A stretch of 64,000 nucleotides of DNA from Candidatus Bathyarchaeia archaeon (GCA_050012255.1 JBEKHN010000002.1:64001-128000); one strand, 5' to 3'. Numbered from the stretch's first letter, positions 1 through 9,422 are shown. Program-made: numbers and translations. Notes: generated by a model from the sequence alone, not told the origin.

Positions 1-70
1 GGTAGCTCAGTACGGATAGAGCACCAGCCTCCTAAGTTGGTGGTCGTGGGTTCAAATCCCACCCCGCCCG
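1..70 (+). tRNA. tRNA-Arg(CCT), 5' end cut off by the window edge
   Basis: D-arm TAGCTCAGTACGGATAGAGC; anticodon stem CCAGC/GTTGG around loop CTCCTAA; T-arm GTGGG-TTCAAAT-CCCAC; acceptor 3' strand CCCGCCC+G; CCA not encoded. Confidence 0.93.
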
Positions 71-98
71 CTACGGCACTCAGGCCAAGACTTGTGAG

Positions 99-1121
99 TT
101 AAGTCTTTCTCGCTCGCACTTTTCCATTTACGAGTTTCCTTATAATCTTCTGCTTGTTTCTGTGGTACCATTGAGCAATTCGAGAGTACAATTTCAATCT
201 GTATAGTTTGGCTCTTTTGGGATCGTTGACAAGCATCCAATATGCGTAGCTGAAGTCTTCAATTGAGCCCGCTGTTGTTACGTCTGGTATAAACTCTATC
301 TCTTTAATTGACAATTGATGATGTTTTTTGTATTCCCTTAGAAAGAAATCGGCGCGCTCCAAATCCAGCTTGTGTTTCTGCCTTCTATCCCTGCAAGAGT
401 ACTGCAACAATATAGAAATGTCTTTTATCAATGTGTCATTCCCCGCACCTACATTTTCGAAGTCAATCAACCCTACCAATCTCTTGTTTTTCCATAGCGT
501 ATTTTCTGGATTGATGTCTCTGTGTAATGGATATGTTGGAAGTTTAGAATACTCTCGGCCATCCAAGCTTTTGATCAACGGAACGAGAATTGATGATTCT
601 TCAAGAAAAATCTGGTCTTTTCTGTCTTGCTTGTCCTTTCCTAAAATTTGTGCAGTGAACCTCTCTAACTCCTTCAAAACGGGTCTTCTGTTGAATACGT
701 CTCCAACACCTTTCTTGTTGTCCAAATCAGAGCTCTCAATCATCTTGTGATAAATCGCCATCATCTTTGCGCATTCCTTGAGTTCTGGATAGTCAAATTG
801 TTTGATATTCCTTCCTTCAATGTATTCATAAACCCAGAAACGGGAACCTTTGAACCTCAAAACGAACTTGCCATTTTTCGTTCTTATTGGGGCGGGGGTT
901 CTATAAGGAAATCCATGGTCTTTCAAATAAGTCAAATAGCTCAGTTCAAATCCCAAATCACTCGTTCGCACAAATCGGGAAACTTGCTTTAGAACATATC
1001 TCGATTTTGTAGTCTCAAGAATCCAATTGATATTTACTACGCCTCTTGTTGCTTGTTCATAACTAATAAAGTCTCCGATATCCCAATGTTCAAGAAGCGT
1101 TTCGATTTCTTTTTTATCCAT
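99..1121 (-). CDS. APH/homoserine kinase type II-like phosphotransferase
   Basis: 340 aa; Brenner motif HRDINPEN and downstream IDFE. Confidence 0.85.
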   Translation of the reverse strand: MDKKEIETLLEHWDIGDFISYEQATRGVVNINWILETTKSRYVLKQVSRFVRTSDLGFELSYLTYLKDHGFPYRTPAPIRTKNGKFVLRFKGSRFWVYEYIEGRNIKQFDYPELKECAKMMAIYHKMIESSDLDNKKGVGDVFNRRPVLKELERFTAQILGKDKQDRKDQIFLEESSILVPLIKSLDGREYSKLPTYPLHRDINPENTLWKNKRLVGLIDFENVGAGNDTLIKDISILLQYSCRDRRQKHKLDLERADFFLREYKKHHQLSIKEIEFIPDVTTAGSIEDFSYAYWMLVNDPKRAKLYRLKLYSRIAQWYHRNKQKIIRKLVNGKVRARKT

Positions 1122-1268
1122 TCTATTTCTCTTTTGCGCTCTTATGAGACAGGAATTAACGGAGACACGTCAAGAGACCTTCATCCTAATATCTGTGTCC
1201 TCGTTGAAGGGGGTGAATAGATATCGAGATTAAACAGGGTGCAAAAGAGTCGCTCGCCAGATAAGTGT

Positions 1269-1341
1269 GGATAGGGAGAAAAATGGGAGTCGCGGGAGAT
1301 ATCTCCATGTGGTATGGAGTTCAAATCCCACTCCGCCCGCC
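1269..1341 (+). repeat. att-like repeat copy A (arm + tRNA-Arg 3' fragment)
   Basis: 1319-1340 GTTCAAATCCCACTCCGCCCGC matches tRNA 50-71 at 21/22 nt. Confidence 0.85.
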
Positions 1342-1785
1342 TCGAAGTATACGTTGCCTTGCAGTGAGTCTCATGCCTAGACTGACTACATCATCTTCTT
1401 TGAAACCAATATGTTTGTAGAAGTCGATCACCTTAGCATTGCTTTTGCGAATCTGCAGGTTTACCTTCTGGCAACCTATCTTCTTTAGCTCATGTATGGC
1501 TTTTTGAACCAGTTTTCTGCCGTAGCCGTGTCGCTGTTCTTGAGGAGTGATGGCAAGGTAGTTTATCCAGCCTCTGTGACCTTCGTAACCGACCATGATG
1601 GAACCCATCACCTTCCCATCCAATAGACCTACGAGGAAAAGATTCGGTTGGAAACGCATCTTTTTCTCTATGTCTTCCACGGGGTCATTCTGGGGAACGA
1701 CTAGGTTACATGTTCGCCACAGCTCGATGACGGCATCCCGATATTCAGTTCTATATCTCACTATTCTGTATGCCAATCTCAGCAT
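1321..1785 (-). CDS. GNAT acetyltransferase (YpeA-like)
   Basis: GYEGHRGWINYLA, QRHGYG acetyl-CoA motif, NAKVIDFYKHIGF. Confidence 0.9.
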   Translation of the reverse strand: MLRLAYRIVRYRTEYRDAVIELWRTCNLVVPQNDPVEDIEKKMRFQPNLFLVGLLDGKVMGSIMVGYEGHRGWINYLAITPQEQRHGYGRKLVQKAIHELKKIGCQKVNLQIRKSNAKVIDFYKHIGFKEDDVVSLGMRLTARQRILRGGRSGI

Positions 1786-1979
1786 CTCCCTGGAACACGA
1801 AGGACGGCATTCCCAAATAAGTTCTCTTTTCCAAAATCTTCAAGTCTCTCTGCAAATACGCCCTTTCTTCAGACCCTATATTCTTGAAACTGAGCGCGCG
1901 CTAAGCAGAAAAAACTGAAAGTTTTTTAGCACCAGATCATTGTATTGGATTGGCATAGCGAAAGGCAGGAGAATGATTC

Positions 1980-2501
1980 TTGAAGGACGTTGAGTTGAGG
2001 CTTGTTGCTGAGCTTCTGAAGGACAGTCACAGGAGTGACAGGGAATTGGCAAAAGCGATCGGAGTTTCTCAGCCTACAGTCAGCAGAATGATTGGCAAAT
2101 TGAGGAAGGGTGGTTTCATTAGAGAATACACGATCATTCCCGATTTCAACAAGATCGGATACCACATTTGTGCCTTGACTTTCGCAAATTTTGAAACGCC
2201 GAAGGACTTGCAAGCTATGAGGAAGCTTGTTGAAGAACAGGGAAAAAGATTGTCGGAAATTCCTCAAGCCGTGATGATTGAGAGAGGCATAGGCGAAGGA
2301 GCTAATGGCGTAGTGATTTCTCTTCATCAGACCTATTCTGACTTTGTAGAGTTCCAACAGTGGCTGAAGCAGTTCGGTTCTTTAAGCAAGTACGGCCTTC
2401 ATCATTTCATCATAGATCTTGATGATAAAGTCCACTACCGCTACCTAACCTTCTCAACCCTCGCCAAACATCTGCTGGAAATGAAGGAAAAGAAGGAATA
2501 G
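1980..2501 (+). CDS. Lrp/AsnC family winged-helix transcriptional regulator
   Basis: N-terminal HTH RSDRELAKAIGVSQPTVSR; TTG start. Confidence 0.88.
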   Translation: MKDVELRLVAELLKDSHRSDRELAKAIGVSQPTVSRMIGKLRKGGFIREYTIIPDFNKIGYHICALTFANFETPKDLQAMRKLVEEQGKRLSEIPQAVMIERGIGEGANGVVISLHQTYSDFVEFQQWLKQFGSLSKYGLHHFIIDLDDKVHYRYLTFSTLAKHLLEMKEKKE

Positions 2502-2740
2502 GCTGCCTTCGCTTTAACCCTGGTCTGTACATTTTCCAGAAATGTTGTTTTGGCAAACGCCTTTGACTTTCAAACTCGAATTTTCATTTTGGATGACGAA
2601 TCTTGCTTTTACCCGCCGAAACCGAAAGGTTCGCGCGTTGCATCGTAGTGGCAATCGATCGTTCCTAGGTTTGTTGCTTTGAAGTCTTAGTCGCGAAACT
2701 TGGAGAGAAATATATCAGCCATATTATCTCGGATAAGGTG

Positions 2741-2863
2741 GTGAGACCTATTCCAAGTGAAATGGATACGATTCGAAAAAGGCTAGGCGAGTTAGAAGAA
2801 AGGATAAGGAAGATTGATAGGGCTCGACAAGTTGGAAGGGCAGAAGAAACAATAGCGCGCTAG
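2741..2863 (+). CDS. possible 40-aa charged, coiled-coil-like small ORF or gene relic
   Basis: GTG start after AAGGTG; peptide ..IRKRLGELEERIRKID..; below the ORF-track cutoff. Confidence 0.3.
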   Translation: MRPIPSEMDTIRKRLGELEERIRKIDRARQVGRAEETIAR

Positions 2864-2980
2864 GCAGATTGATCTAAGGCAGAAAGCAGAAGGCGTGTCA
2901 AGTTCGCCGATACTCTGCGGCCCACATCAGAAGTTTGTAGGAAACCTGACCATTCGGCCCGTGGCTTCAATGTTTTTACG

Positions 2981-3997
2981 GTGCCATCTGCATTTCCGAA
3001 AGAACACTGCAGGATTTGCGGGTCAACTCTTCACGGCAGGCTCTCTGGAAATATGTTCCCATCGGGTTGCAGTCACAACGTTTTAAAACTCGGAGCATCG
3101 CGCTATCATTGGTGTTCTGCTGTGTCACCCGGTGAAGGAATAGGGAAGATTACGAGCAACCCGTTTGCGACAGATGGAAAAGTCCTTCTGAGCAAAGTTG
3201 CGACGACTGGAAACCTGAAAGAGGACATCCTTAAAGCCGTTGATTTGATTGGCGGTTTCAACAAGGCCATCGACAAGGGCGACCAAGTCTTGCTGAAACC
3301 CAATTTTAACAGCACGGATTCTCCGCCCGCTTCAAGCGAACCGCAGTTTCTCAAAGCGATAGTTGAGTTGCTGTTCGAACATGGCGCCGGGAGAGTTGTC
3401 GTTGGAGAATCTTCTTGGCAAGCGCTTTCCACGAGGAAGGCTCTGGAACGAACTGGGACACTTGCCGCGCTTAAGGATTCAGGGGCAGAGATGGCGTTTT
3501 TCGATGAGGAAAAATACGTCAAAGTCAACGTTGGGGGCGAATACCTGAAAAGCGTCAGCTTATCAGAGAGGGCCATGCGAGTTGACAAGTTAGTTTATTC
3601 CTGCTGCATGAAGACACATTTCCGCGCTGACTTCTCCTTAAGCTTGAAATTGGCCTTCGGGTTCACGAAGAAGAGCGAAAGGAACGGGTTTCACATCAGG
3701 CATCTGAAAGAGAAACTTATCGATCTAAACCTAGTCGTGCATCCGAACCTGATAATCATGGACGGAAGAAAATGTTTCATAACCGGAGGACCATTCAGCG
3801 GCGAGGTGCGGAACCCAAACGTCATTCTTGCTTCCGGAGACCGAGTGGCCATGGACGTTGAATCCATCAAAGTTCTTGAAAGTTTCGAAGGTTCCAAACT
3901 GAAGAACAACCCTTGGAGCTATACTCAGATCCGCCGCGCAACCGCTCTCGGGCTTGGAGTAAGAAACGAGGATGAGTACACGGTTGTTTCCAACTGA
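2981..3997 (+). CDS. DUF362 domain protein (true start probably near 3140)
   Basis: VLLKPN, VVVGES, KTH, SLSLK and IMDG motifs; the first ~53 codons look non-coding. Confidence 0.85.
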   Translation: MPSAFPKEHCRICGSTLHGRLSGNMFPSGCSHNVLKLGASRYHWCSAVSPGEGIGKITSNPFATDGKVLLSKVATTGNLKEDILKAVDLIGGFNKAIDKGDQVLLKPNFNSTDSPPASSEPQFLKAIVELLFEHGAGRVVVGESSWQALSTRKALERTGTLAALKDSGAEMAFFDEEKYVKVNVGGEYLKSVSLSERAMRVDKLVYSCCMKTHFRADFSLSLKLAFGFTKKSERNGFHIRHLKEKLIDLNLVVHPNLIIMDGRKCFITGGPFSGEVRNPNVILASGDRVAMDVESIKVLESFEGSKLKNNPWSYTQIRRATALGLGVRNEDEYTVVSN

Positions 3998-4150
3998 CAT
4001 CACATCAAAAGTGCACGCATCATCCAGCGTCTAATCCTCTAACTTCACTTACCGCATGCTGTATCATGTGTGCCGCAGTTGCAATTACAAAACCCAGGGA
4101 ACCTCTTGATGTGAAGCTCAAAGCGCGCGCGAAGTGCAGCGAGCCCCAAA

Positions 4151-4215
4151 GGACAAAGAAAAGGGAGACTTGCACGATATCGTCGTTTAGTTTGGGGGCA
4201 AACCCACCCCGCTCG
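4151..4215 (+). repeat. att-like repeat copy B
   Basis: GGACAAAGAAAAGGGAGACT..GATATC arm, then CAAA-CCCACCCCGCTCG versus tRNA CAAATCCCACCCCGCCCG (16/18 with one gap). Confidence 0.6.
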
Positions 4216-4455
4216 TTGCAGAAAGATCGGACTGTTTGCAATTCCTCTTTAGCCGGGTTCCTTTCAAGTTCCTCATGCGAGTGGCTTCGTTAGCGCGCTG
4301 GTTTGTCCCTAAGCTATTTAATGCTCATTTTTGGCACGTGGGGTCTCTTATTTTGTGGCTTGCGTCCAAGCCTAGGAGATGGGTTCTTCTGGCGCTAAGC
4401 TATTGCAACCCATAATGCATATTAGCTGATGTAGAAAATTACGTTCGATTGAAAC

Positions 4456-5157
4456 ATGAAGCTGTTGTCGACGAAGGTTGTGGCGTTCACTGGGGTTTTT
4501 GCGGCTTTTCATGCCACGTTGTATTTGATTTCGCCCGCGTTTTTATGGCGAAATTGGGCTATCTATTTATCGCCTATCGAGGGGATGGTTCTGGGTCCTT
4601 GGGCAGGGTTCATAGCCGCCTTGATTGGCAGCACGATCGGCAGAGTGCTGCTTCCCAGTCCTTTGTGGATGTTCGGGATAATTGCAGAGCCGTTGAGTGT
4701 GATGTCCGCAGGCTTCTTGACAAGAGGCAAGTGGCAGCCGGTCATAGTTCTTTACGCCGTCATGCTTGCCGCATACTTCATCAGTCCCTTGGGCCAGTCG
4801 CTTCCGCTTTGGCCTATGCTGGACATTATTGCTGCTGTTTGTTTAGTGTATCCTGCATGTAGGTTGAGTAAGAACCTGTTCAGCAAAAACATGAACCTTC
4901 TCCCCGTATCCCTGGTTATCGTGTCGCTCATAACAGTGGCTACGGACGGTCTGATCAGAGTATTCCTGTTCATACCAGCCGGGCTGTACAGCAGCGTTCT
5001 AGGCTTATCTCCTGAGGCCACCGTAGTTGCGTTTGTAGGCGGCGGGGTTGACTCTTTCATTGAAGATGCCTTTGTCGTGTTGATCGCTCTCCTTGTCGGT
5101 GTTCCAATTCTTTTGGCCTTACGGAAGGTTTTAGACCTAAGAAAACCGTTAAGTTAA
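4456..5157 (+). CDS. integral membrane protein, ECF S-component-like
   Basis: 233 aa, about 6-7 hydrophobic helices, GMVLGPWAGFIAALIG motif. Confidence 0.65.
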   Translation: MKLLSTKVVAFTGVFAAFHATLYLISPAFLWRNWAIYLSPIEGMVLGPWAGFIAALIGSTIGRVLLPSPLWMFGIIAEPLSVMSAGFLTRGKWQPVIVLYAVMLAAYFISPLGQSLPLWPMLDIIAAVCLVYPACRLSKNLFSKNMNLLPVSLVIVSLITVATDGLIRVFLFIPAGLYSSVLGLSPEATVVAFVGGGVDSFIEDAFVVLIALLVGVPILLALRKVLDLRKPLS

Positions 5158-5390
5158 AAGAAGAGCACAGAGACCTCGCTGTCTGGAAACCCGGGAAGCT
5201 CTCTGAGTGCTCTCCCAATCTCTGACACTGCGTTTTGATATCTATGAACAAGGCCCAATGACTGTTTTCTAACCCGCCGCCTTGGCTGCGGGCCCATACC
5301 CAACTGGCTTCCTAAAGAAAACTCTAAGGATCGCGCTGGGTCTTGACGAGGAAGATGCCTTTATAAAACGAGGCGTTTTAGTCACCTGCT

Positions 5391-6071
5391 ATGAGAGTCG
5401 GAGTGCTTTTCTCAGGGGGAAAAGACTCGTGTTTGGCGTTGCACAAATCGCGGAGTTTTCATGATGCAGTTTGTCTGATAAGCTTGATCTCCGAAAGTGA
5501 GGAGAGCTACATGTTTCATGTTCCCAACATAGAATTGACTGATAAACAGGCTGAAGCCATTGGGTTGCCGCTGGTTCAGAGGAGAACGGAAGGCAAGAAA
5601 GAGAAGGAACTCGAAGATCTGAAAAGAGCCATTTGTACGGCCAAAGCTGATTTTGACTTGGAAGGAATAGTGACGGGCGCCGTAAGATCAATCTATCAGT
5701 CAACACGGGTGCAAAGAATCTGTAAACAGCTCGGTTTGTGGTGCTTCAACCCCTTATGGCTAAAGGATGAGATAGAGCTTCTGAACGAGGTTGTCAAGAG
5801 TAAATATGAAGTTATCATATCTGGCGTATTCGCTTTTCCCTTGGACAGAGAATTCTTGGGAAAAAACTTGGATAATGAACTGATTCAGAAGCTCGCAAGA
5901 TTGAAGGAAGAGTATGGTTTAAGCCCTGCTGGGGAAGGTGGGGAAATAGAGACGACTGTGACGGACGCCCCTTTTTTTAAGAAAAGGCTAGAAATCCTGG
6001 ACTCTGAGGTCTCTTACAAGGACTACTCGGGCATGTTCAGGATAAAAAGTCTGAGGCTAATCGACAAATGA
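5391..6071 (+). CDS. dph6: diphthine--ammonia ligase (PP-loop ATPase, DUF71)
   Basis: SGGKDS PP-loop, SYMFH, PLW and GEGGEIET motifs. Confidence 0.9.
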   Translation: MRVGVLFSGGKDSCLALHKSRSFHDAVCLISLISESEESYMFHVPNIELTDKQAEAIGLPLVQRRTEGKKEKELEDLKRAICTAKADFDLEGIVTGAVRSIYQSTRVQRICKQLGLWCFNPLWLKDEIELLNEVVKSKYEVIISGVFAFPLDREFLGKNLDNELIQKLARLKEEYGLSPAGEGGEIETTVTDAPFFKKRLEILDSEVSYKDYSGMFRIKSLRLIDK

Positions 6072-6631
6072 TTCTGATAGTAAATGTGTGTTCAGACAAG
6101 CTAAGCTATCTGGAGTTTGTCAAGCCCGTCGAAGACATTCTGAAAAAGGCTGGAGCAGAATCCTTCACAAGACACTTCCTGCGCGTGAATCATCGTGACA
6201 TCAGCCGAGCAGAAAAAGTGATCATATGCGGAACAGCCTTGAAGGATTTCAAGTATTTGGGTAGCACAAGAAAATTCGCGTGGATAAATGAATCGCGCAA
6301 ACCGATCCTTGGCATCTGCGCAGGAATGCAGATCCTTGCGAAACTCTTCAATGGTCACATCATTGAAAGAACAAGAATCGGAAGATACAAGGTGAAGATT
6401 ATCCGAAAAAGCATTGTTGCATCCAAGGATGAATTCTATTCCTATTTCTTGAATTCTAAGGCGGTGGAACCGACCGAAGACTTTGAGACACTCGGCGAAT
6501 CGGGCAACTTGAAATGCATAATCAAACACAAACATAGAAGATTCTACGGATGTTTATTCCATCCAGAAGTCCTGAACCCAGAAATCATAACAAACTTCCT
6601 AAAGGAGCCAATGCCAGAGAGTCAGTGCTAA
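6068..6631 (+). CDS. class I glutamine amidotransferase subunit
   Basis: PILGICAGMQ nucleophile elbow and FHPE dyad; ATGA overlap with dph6. Confidence 0.85.
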   Translation: MILIVNVCSDKLSYLEFVKPVEDILKKAGAESFTRHFLRVNHRDISRAEKVIICGTALKDFKYLGSTRKFAWINESRKPILGICAGMQILAKLFNGHIIERTRIGRYKVKIIRKSIVASKDEFYSYFLNSKAVEPTEDFETLGESGNLKCIIKHKHRRFYGCLFHPEVLNPEIITNFLKEPMPESQC

Positions 6632-6763
6632 GGTAACCACGACAGACTCTGAAAACGAATAGAACTTCGAGGCAGGTGCAGGTCTTCAAATTATAAATAT
6701 GTGCTACGCATAATTGCAATCGTCGTCTAGTGATATCGCCAAAAATAGATGTGAGGTTAGCCA

Positions 6764-7444
6764 ATGGGAAAATTAAGTATGGACGATGTCTTTAAAGCCT
6801 TGGCAAAGCCGCTTCCTGACTTCAAAATAAAGCCTGGAAAGACAGCCTTACTTCTGATCGACATTCAAAACCTCGTGAGCTCAAAACCACTGCTTCAAGA
6901 AGCACTGGACGCAGGGCTGCCTGAAAGACAAGTGAAAGAAGCTTTGCAAGAATATGATGAAAGGGTCAAGAAAGCGGTGAAAAATGCCCGTAGGATACTG
7001 CAAGTCTGCAGGAAGAAAGGCTATGACATAGTGCACATTAAGTTAGGAGCACAGACCAGCAACCCCAGGCATACAGCCAAGATAAACAGAAAAGCTGACT
7101 TCATCGTGCCCATGGACGCGGAAAAGGGTAGATTCTTGGATGAAGTCAAACCAGTAAAGGGAGAATTGATTTTCCCAAAGACAAACGGAGGAGCGTTTAC
7201 GGGAACCAATCTGGACTTCGTTCTGAGGAACATGGATATTGACAGTATCATCGTCACGGGATTCCTAACTGACCAATGCGTTCTCGCAACCGCAATCTAC
7301 GGCGGAGACATAGGGTACGACGTTCTCTTAGTTGAGGATGCATGCACCGGAACCACCAAAGAGAATCACGATGCAGTAGTAAGGCTCGCAAGAGACGTGT
7401 TCTTGAAGATCAAATCAACTGCGGAACTAATACGAATTCTCTGA
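6764..7444 (+). CDS. isochorismatase-family cysteine hydrolase
   Basis: TALLLIDIQN, catalytic K in FPKT, GFLTDQCV. Confidence 0.9.
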   Translation: MGKLSMDDVFKALAKPLPDFKIKPGKTALLLIDIQNLVSSKPLLQEALDAGLPERQVKEALQEYDERVKKAVKNARRILQVCRKKGYDIVHIKLGAQTSNPRHTAKINRKADFIVPMDAEKGRFLDEVKPVKGELIFPKTNGGAFTGTNLDFVLRNMDIDSIIVTGFLTDQCVLATAIYGGDIGYDVLLVEDACTGTTKENHDAVVRLARDVFLKIKSTAELIRIL

Positions 7445-7521
7445 CAAGAAATATTCTTGGGTTTTTGCACCTGCCTCCAGATTATTTGGTGCATCCAAAA
7501 AGGAGAGTTGTGCTCGGATGC

Positions 7522-8340
7522 TTAATGTGGCATGAATACTCCGGCGAACACGAGCCAGGCTAGGAGTGTTTTCGCTGCGAAACTGAGGATTATGTAGGCT
7601 CTTTCGCCGTACAGGTAGTCTTTCCAGCGTCCGATGCTCTTGTACTGTAGAACCATGTTGACTGCGAAGACCATGAAGAGAGCGAAGTAAGTGAAGAGTA
7701 TGAAGTACACGAATGTAGGCGGACCCGAGGTTGAGGAGTTGACGGCGGCTACGAAATAGGCGAAAATCACGACCCATGGGAGGCCGCCAGAGATGCAGCC
7801 TAGGCTGAATGCGGACCAGTTCGTCTTCTCGGTCTTCTGATTCACCAGCTCCATCAGGTATCCGAACATTATCATCATCGCGTTCAACACAAAAATCATT
7901 GAGAGGGACCAGAAATCCCAGATGCCGACAAAGGTTGCTATCAACGCTATCATTATGGAGCTTGAGAAGGCATACTCGTACCAGCGGTAAGGGTTCATAC
8001 CCTTCTTCAGATTCTCATCATAGCTTTTGTTCTTAGGATAAGCAATCGCAAAATGCGCTATCGCAGAAATCAGAGGAAAAGTCGCTAGTATGACTCCTAG
8101 ATTGTTGAACGTGAAGAGGATCTGAGGGTTAGGCATCCACAGTAAACCGCCGGCTTTTAGGTAGAACGTGTGCACCTTTATGGGCCAATTCAATAAGAAA
8201 CCCAAAGTCAACATTAGGATTCCTTGAATCAGATGCAGAACACCTGCAGCAGCATTGAACCTCTTCAGATAGGCAAAAGAAATAGGCGAACGAGCGATTA
8301 TCTCCTGTCTTTCTATATAGTTCATGAAACGACTTATCAT
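7522..8340 (-). CDS. heR: heliorhodopsin
   Basis: LHLIQG, SAIAH, NPYRWYEYAFSSSIM (counterion E) and GERAYIILSFAAKTLLAW with the retinal-binding Lys; 7 TM. Confidence 0.95.
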   Translation of the reverse strand: MISRFMNYIERQEIIARSPISFAYLKRFNAAAGVLHLIQGILMLTLGFLLNWPIKVHTFYLKAGGLLWMPNPQILFTFNNLGVILATFPLISAIAHFAIAYPKNKSYDENLKKGMNPYRWYEYAFSSSIMIALIATFVGIWDFWSLSMIFVLNAMMIMFGYLMELVNQKTEKTNWSAFSLGCISGGLPWVVIFAYFVAAVNSSTSGPPTFVYFILFTYFALFMVFAVNMVLQYKSIGRWKDYLYGERAYIILSFAAKTLLAWLVFAGVFMPH

Positions 8341-8390
8341 CAGAGAACGCTAATAGGCTTTTGCAGACTTTTGCCAAGAGAATGACGACT

Positions 8391-8458
8391 GGATAAGAAG
8401 AGGGGACTCGCGGGAGACATCGCCACTAGGTGCAGTTCTAAATCCAGTCTTCCCCGCC
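8391..8458 (+). repeat. att-like repeat copy C
   Basis: 8403-8425 matches 1285-1307 at 20/23, followed by degenerate GTTCTAAATCC..CCCGCC. Confidence 0.6.
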
Positions 8459-9388
8459 GGAGAAACGCCTCGCCCGTATGGTCTCTTGAGGCACATTGAA
8501 AGGGTCATGGTCTTTTCTACTTCCCCTCTGAATGTATAGCAAAAATGCAACGATTATTCCTAGCAGTATCATGAATGCTCTGAGACCTCCGCCGACACTT
8601 GTAGAAGTTGCCACGCCGACGAATGCTGTCGCATCATACGCTCCATGGATCAAAGCTGGGGCAAACAGATTACCACCTGAGAGATAATACGTTGCCGCCA
8701 TAGCCATCCCGAAAGTAACAAGATCGGCAAATTGAACCAACGAAGCTGGCCCATACACAACAGCATAGTAGAGATGTGTAGCACTGAAAAGGAGAGAAGA
8801 AACGAAGGCGAGGATCAACCAATGGCGATTCTTGAAAACGTCCAGTAATCCCCCGAACACAAAACCTCTGAAGATATACTCTTCAGCTGGCCCCGTCACC
8901 AGAAGGGAGACGCCCACCATGATCCAAGCAAAATCGCGAGAAACGTTCAGCACAGGATTCGGTTTATCCAGCAGTCTTGCGGTGGAAGGGTCAAGCGCAA
9001 CCAAGAAAACAAGAATCACCACAGCCAAAACTATTCCCAAGACCGTGAAAACCCCGAATAACCCTAAACCCAGCTTTAACCCGGAATAGGTGTTCTTGAA
9101 GAATCTCCTTATTATCGCTGTTCCCCAGAGCAAGGTAATAGCCAGTACCGGCACTCCGTAAACAAGTAGAGACCCAACAATCAGCCCGAGATGCACCCCC
9201 AAATATTGAAATAGATATTGAGAGTACACAGCCACGAACACTATGACTAACCCGAGAACGTAAAACTTCTTTCCCTTAGGCTCGCGTTTCGAGTTGCTGC
9301 CCATGCTTTCCGAAAGTCGGCTTTGGTCCTTTTCGTCTGATGTTTTCATGGAACCACTGGCGTTTTCTATTTTAGGCATTTCCAGCAA
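8438..9388 (-). CDS. CPBP/Abi (CAAX-type) intramembrane glutamic protease
   Basis: EEYIFRG, FSATH and HGAYD motifs. Confidence 0.9.
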   Translation of the reverse strand: MLEMPKIENASGSMKTSDEKDQSRLSESMGSNSKREPKGKKFYVLGLVIVFVAVYSQYLFQYLGVHLGLIVGSLLVYGVPVLAITLLWGTAIIRRFFKNTYSGLKLGLGLFGVFTVLGIVLAVVILVFLVALDPSTARLLDKPNPVLNVSRDFAWIMVGVSLLVTGPAEEYIFRGFVFGGLLDVFKNRHWLILAFVSSLLFSATHLYYAVVYGPASLVQFADLVTFGMAMAATYYLSGGNLFAPALIHGAYDATAFVGVATSTSVGGGLRAFMILLGIIVAFLLYIQRGSRKDHDPFNVPQETIRARRFSGGEDWI

Positions 9389-9422
9389 CCCGTGTGCGTG
9401 CTCAGATCGGTTTGGTCTTGTT

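Noticed and set aside
944-955. GTTCAAATCCCA, a 12-nt match to the tRNA T-arm
   Set aside because: It lies inside the kinase CDS, lacks the arm and acceptor part, and 12-mer matches are expected by chance.
2597-2618. CGAATC..CCCGCC as a possible fourth att copy (similar weak case near 5270)
   Set aside because: Too degenerate and no arm motif.
4374-4433. GGAGATGGGTTCTTC..GCTGATG resembling a fluoride riboswitch
   Set aside because: The 3' pseudoknot segment is missing and the downstream gene is not fluoride-related.
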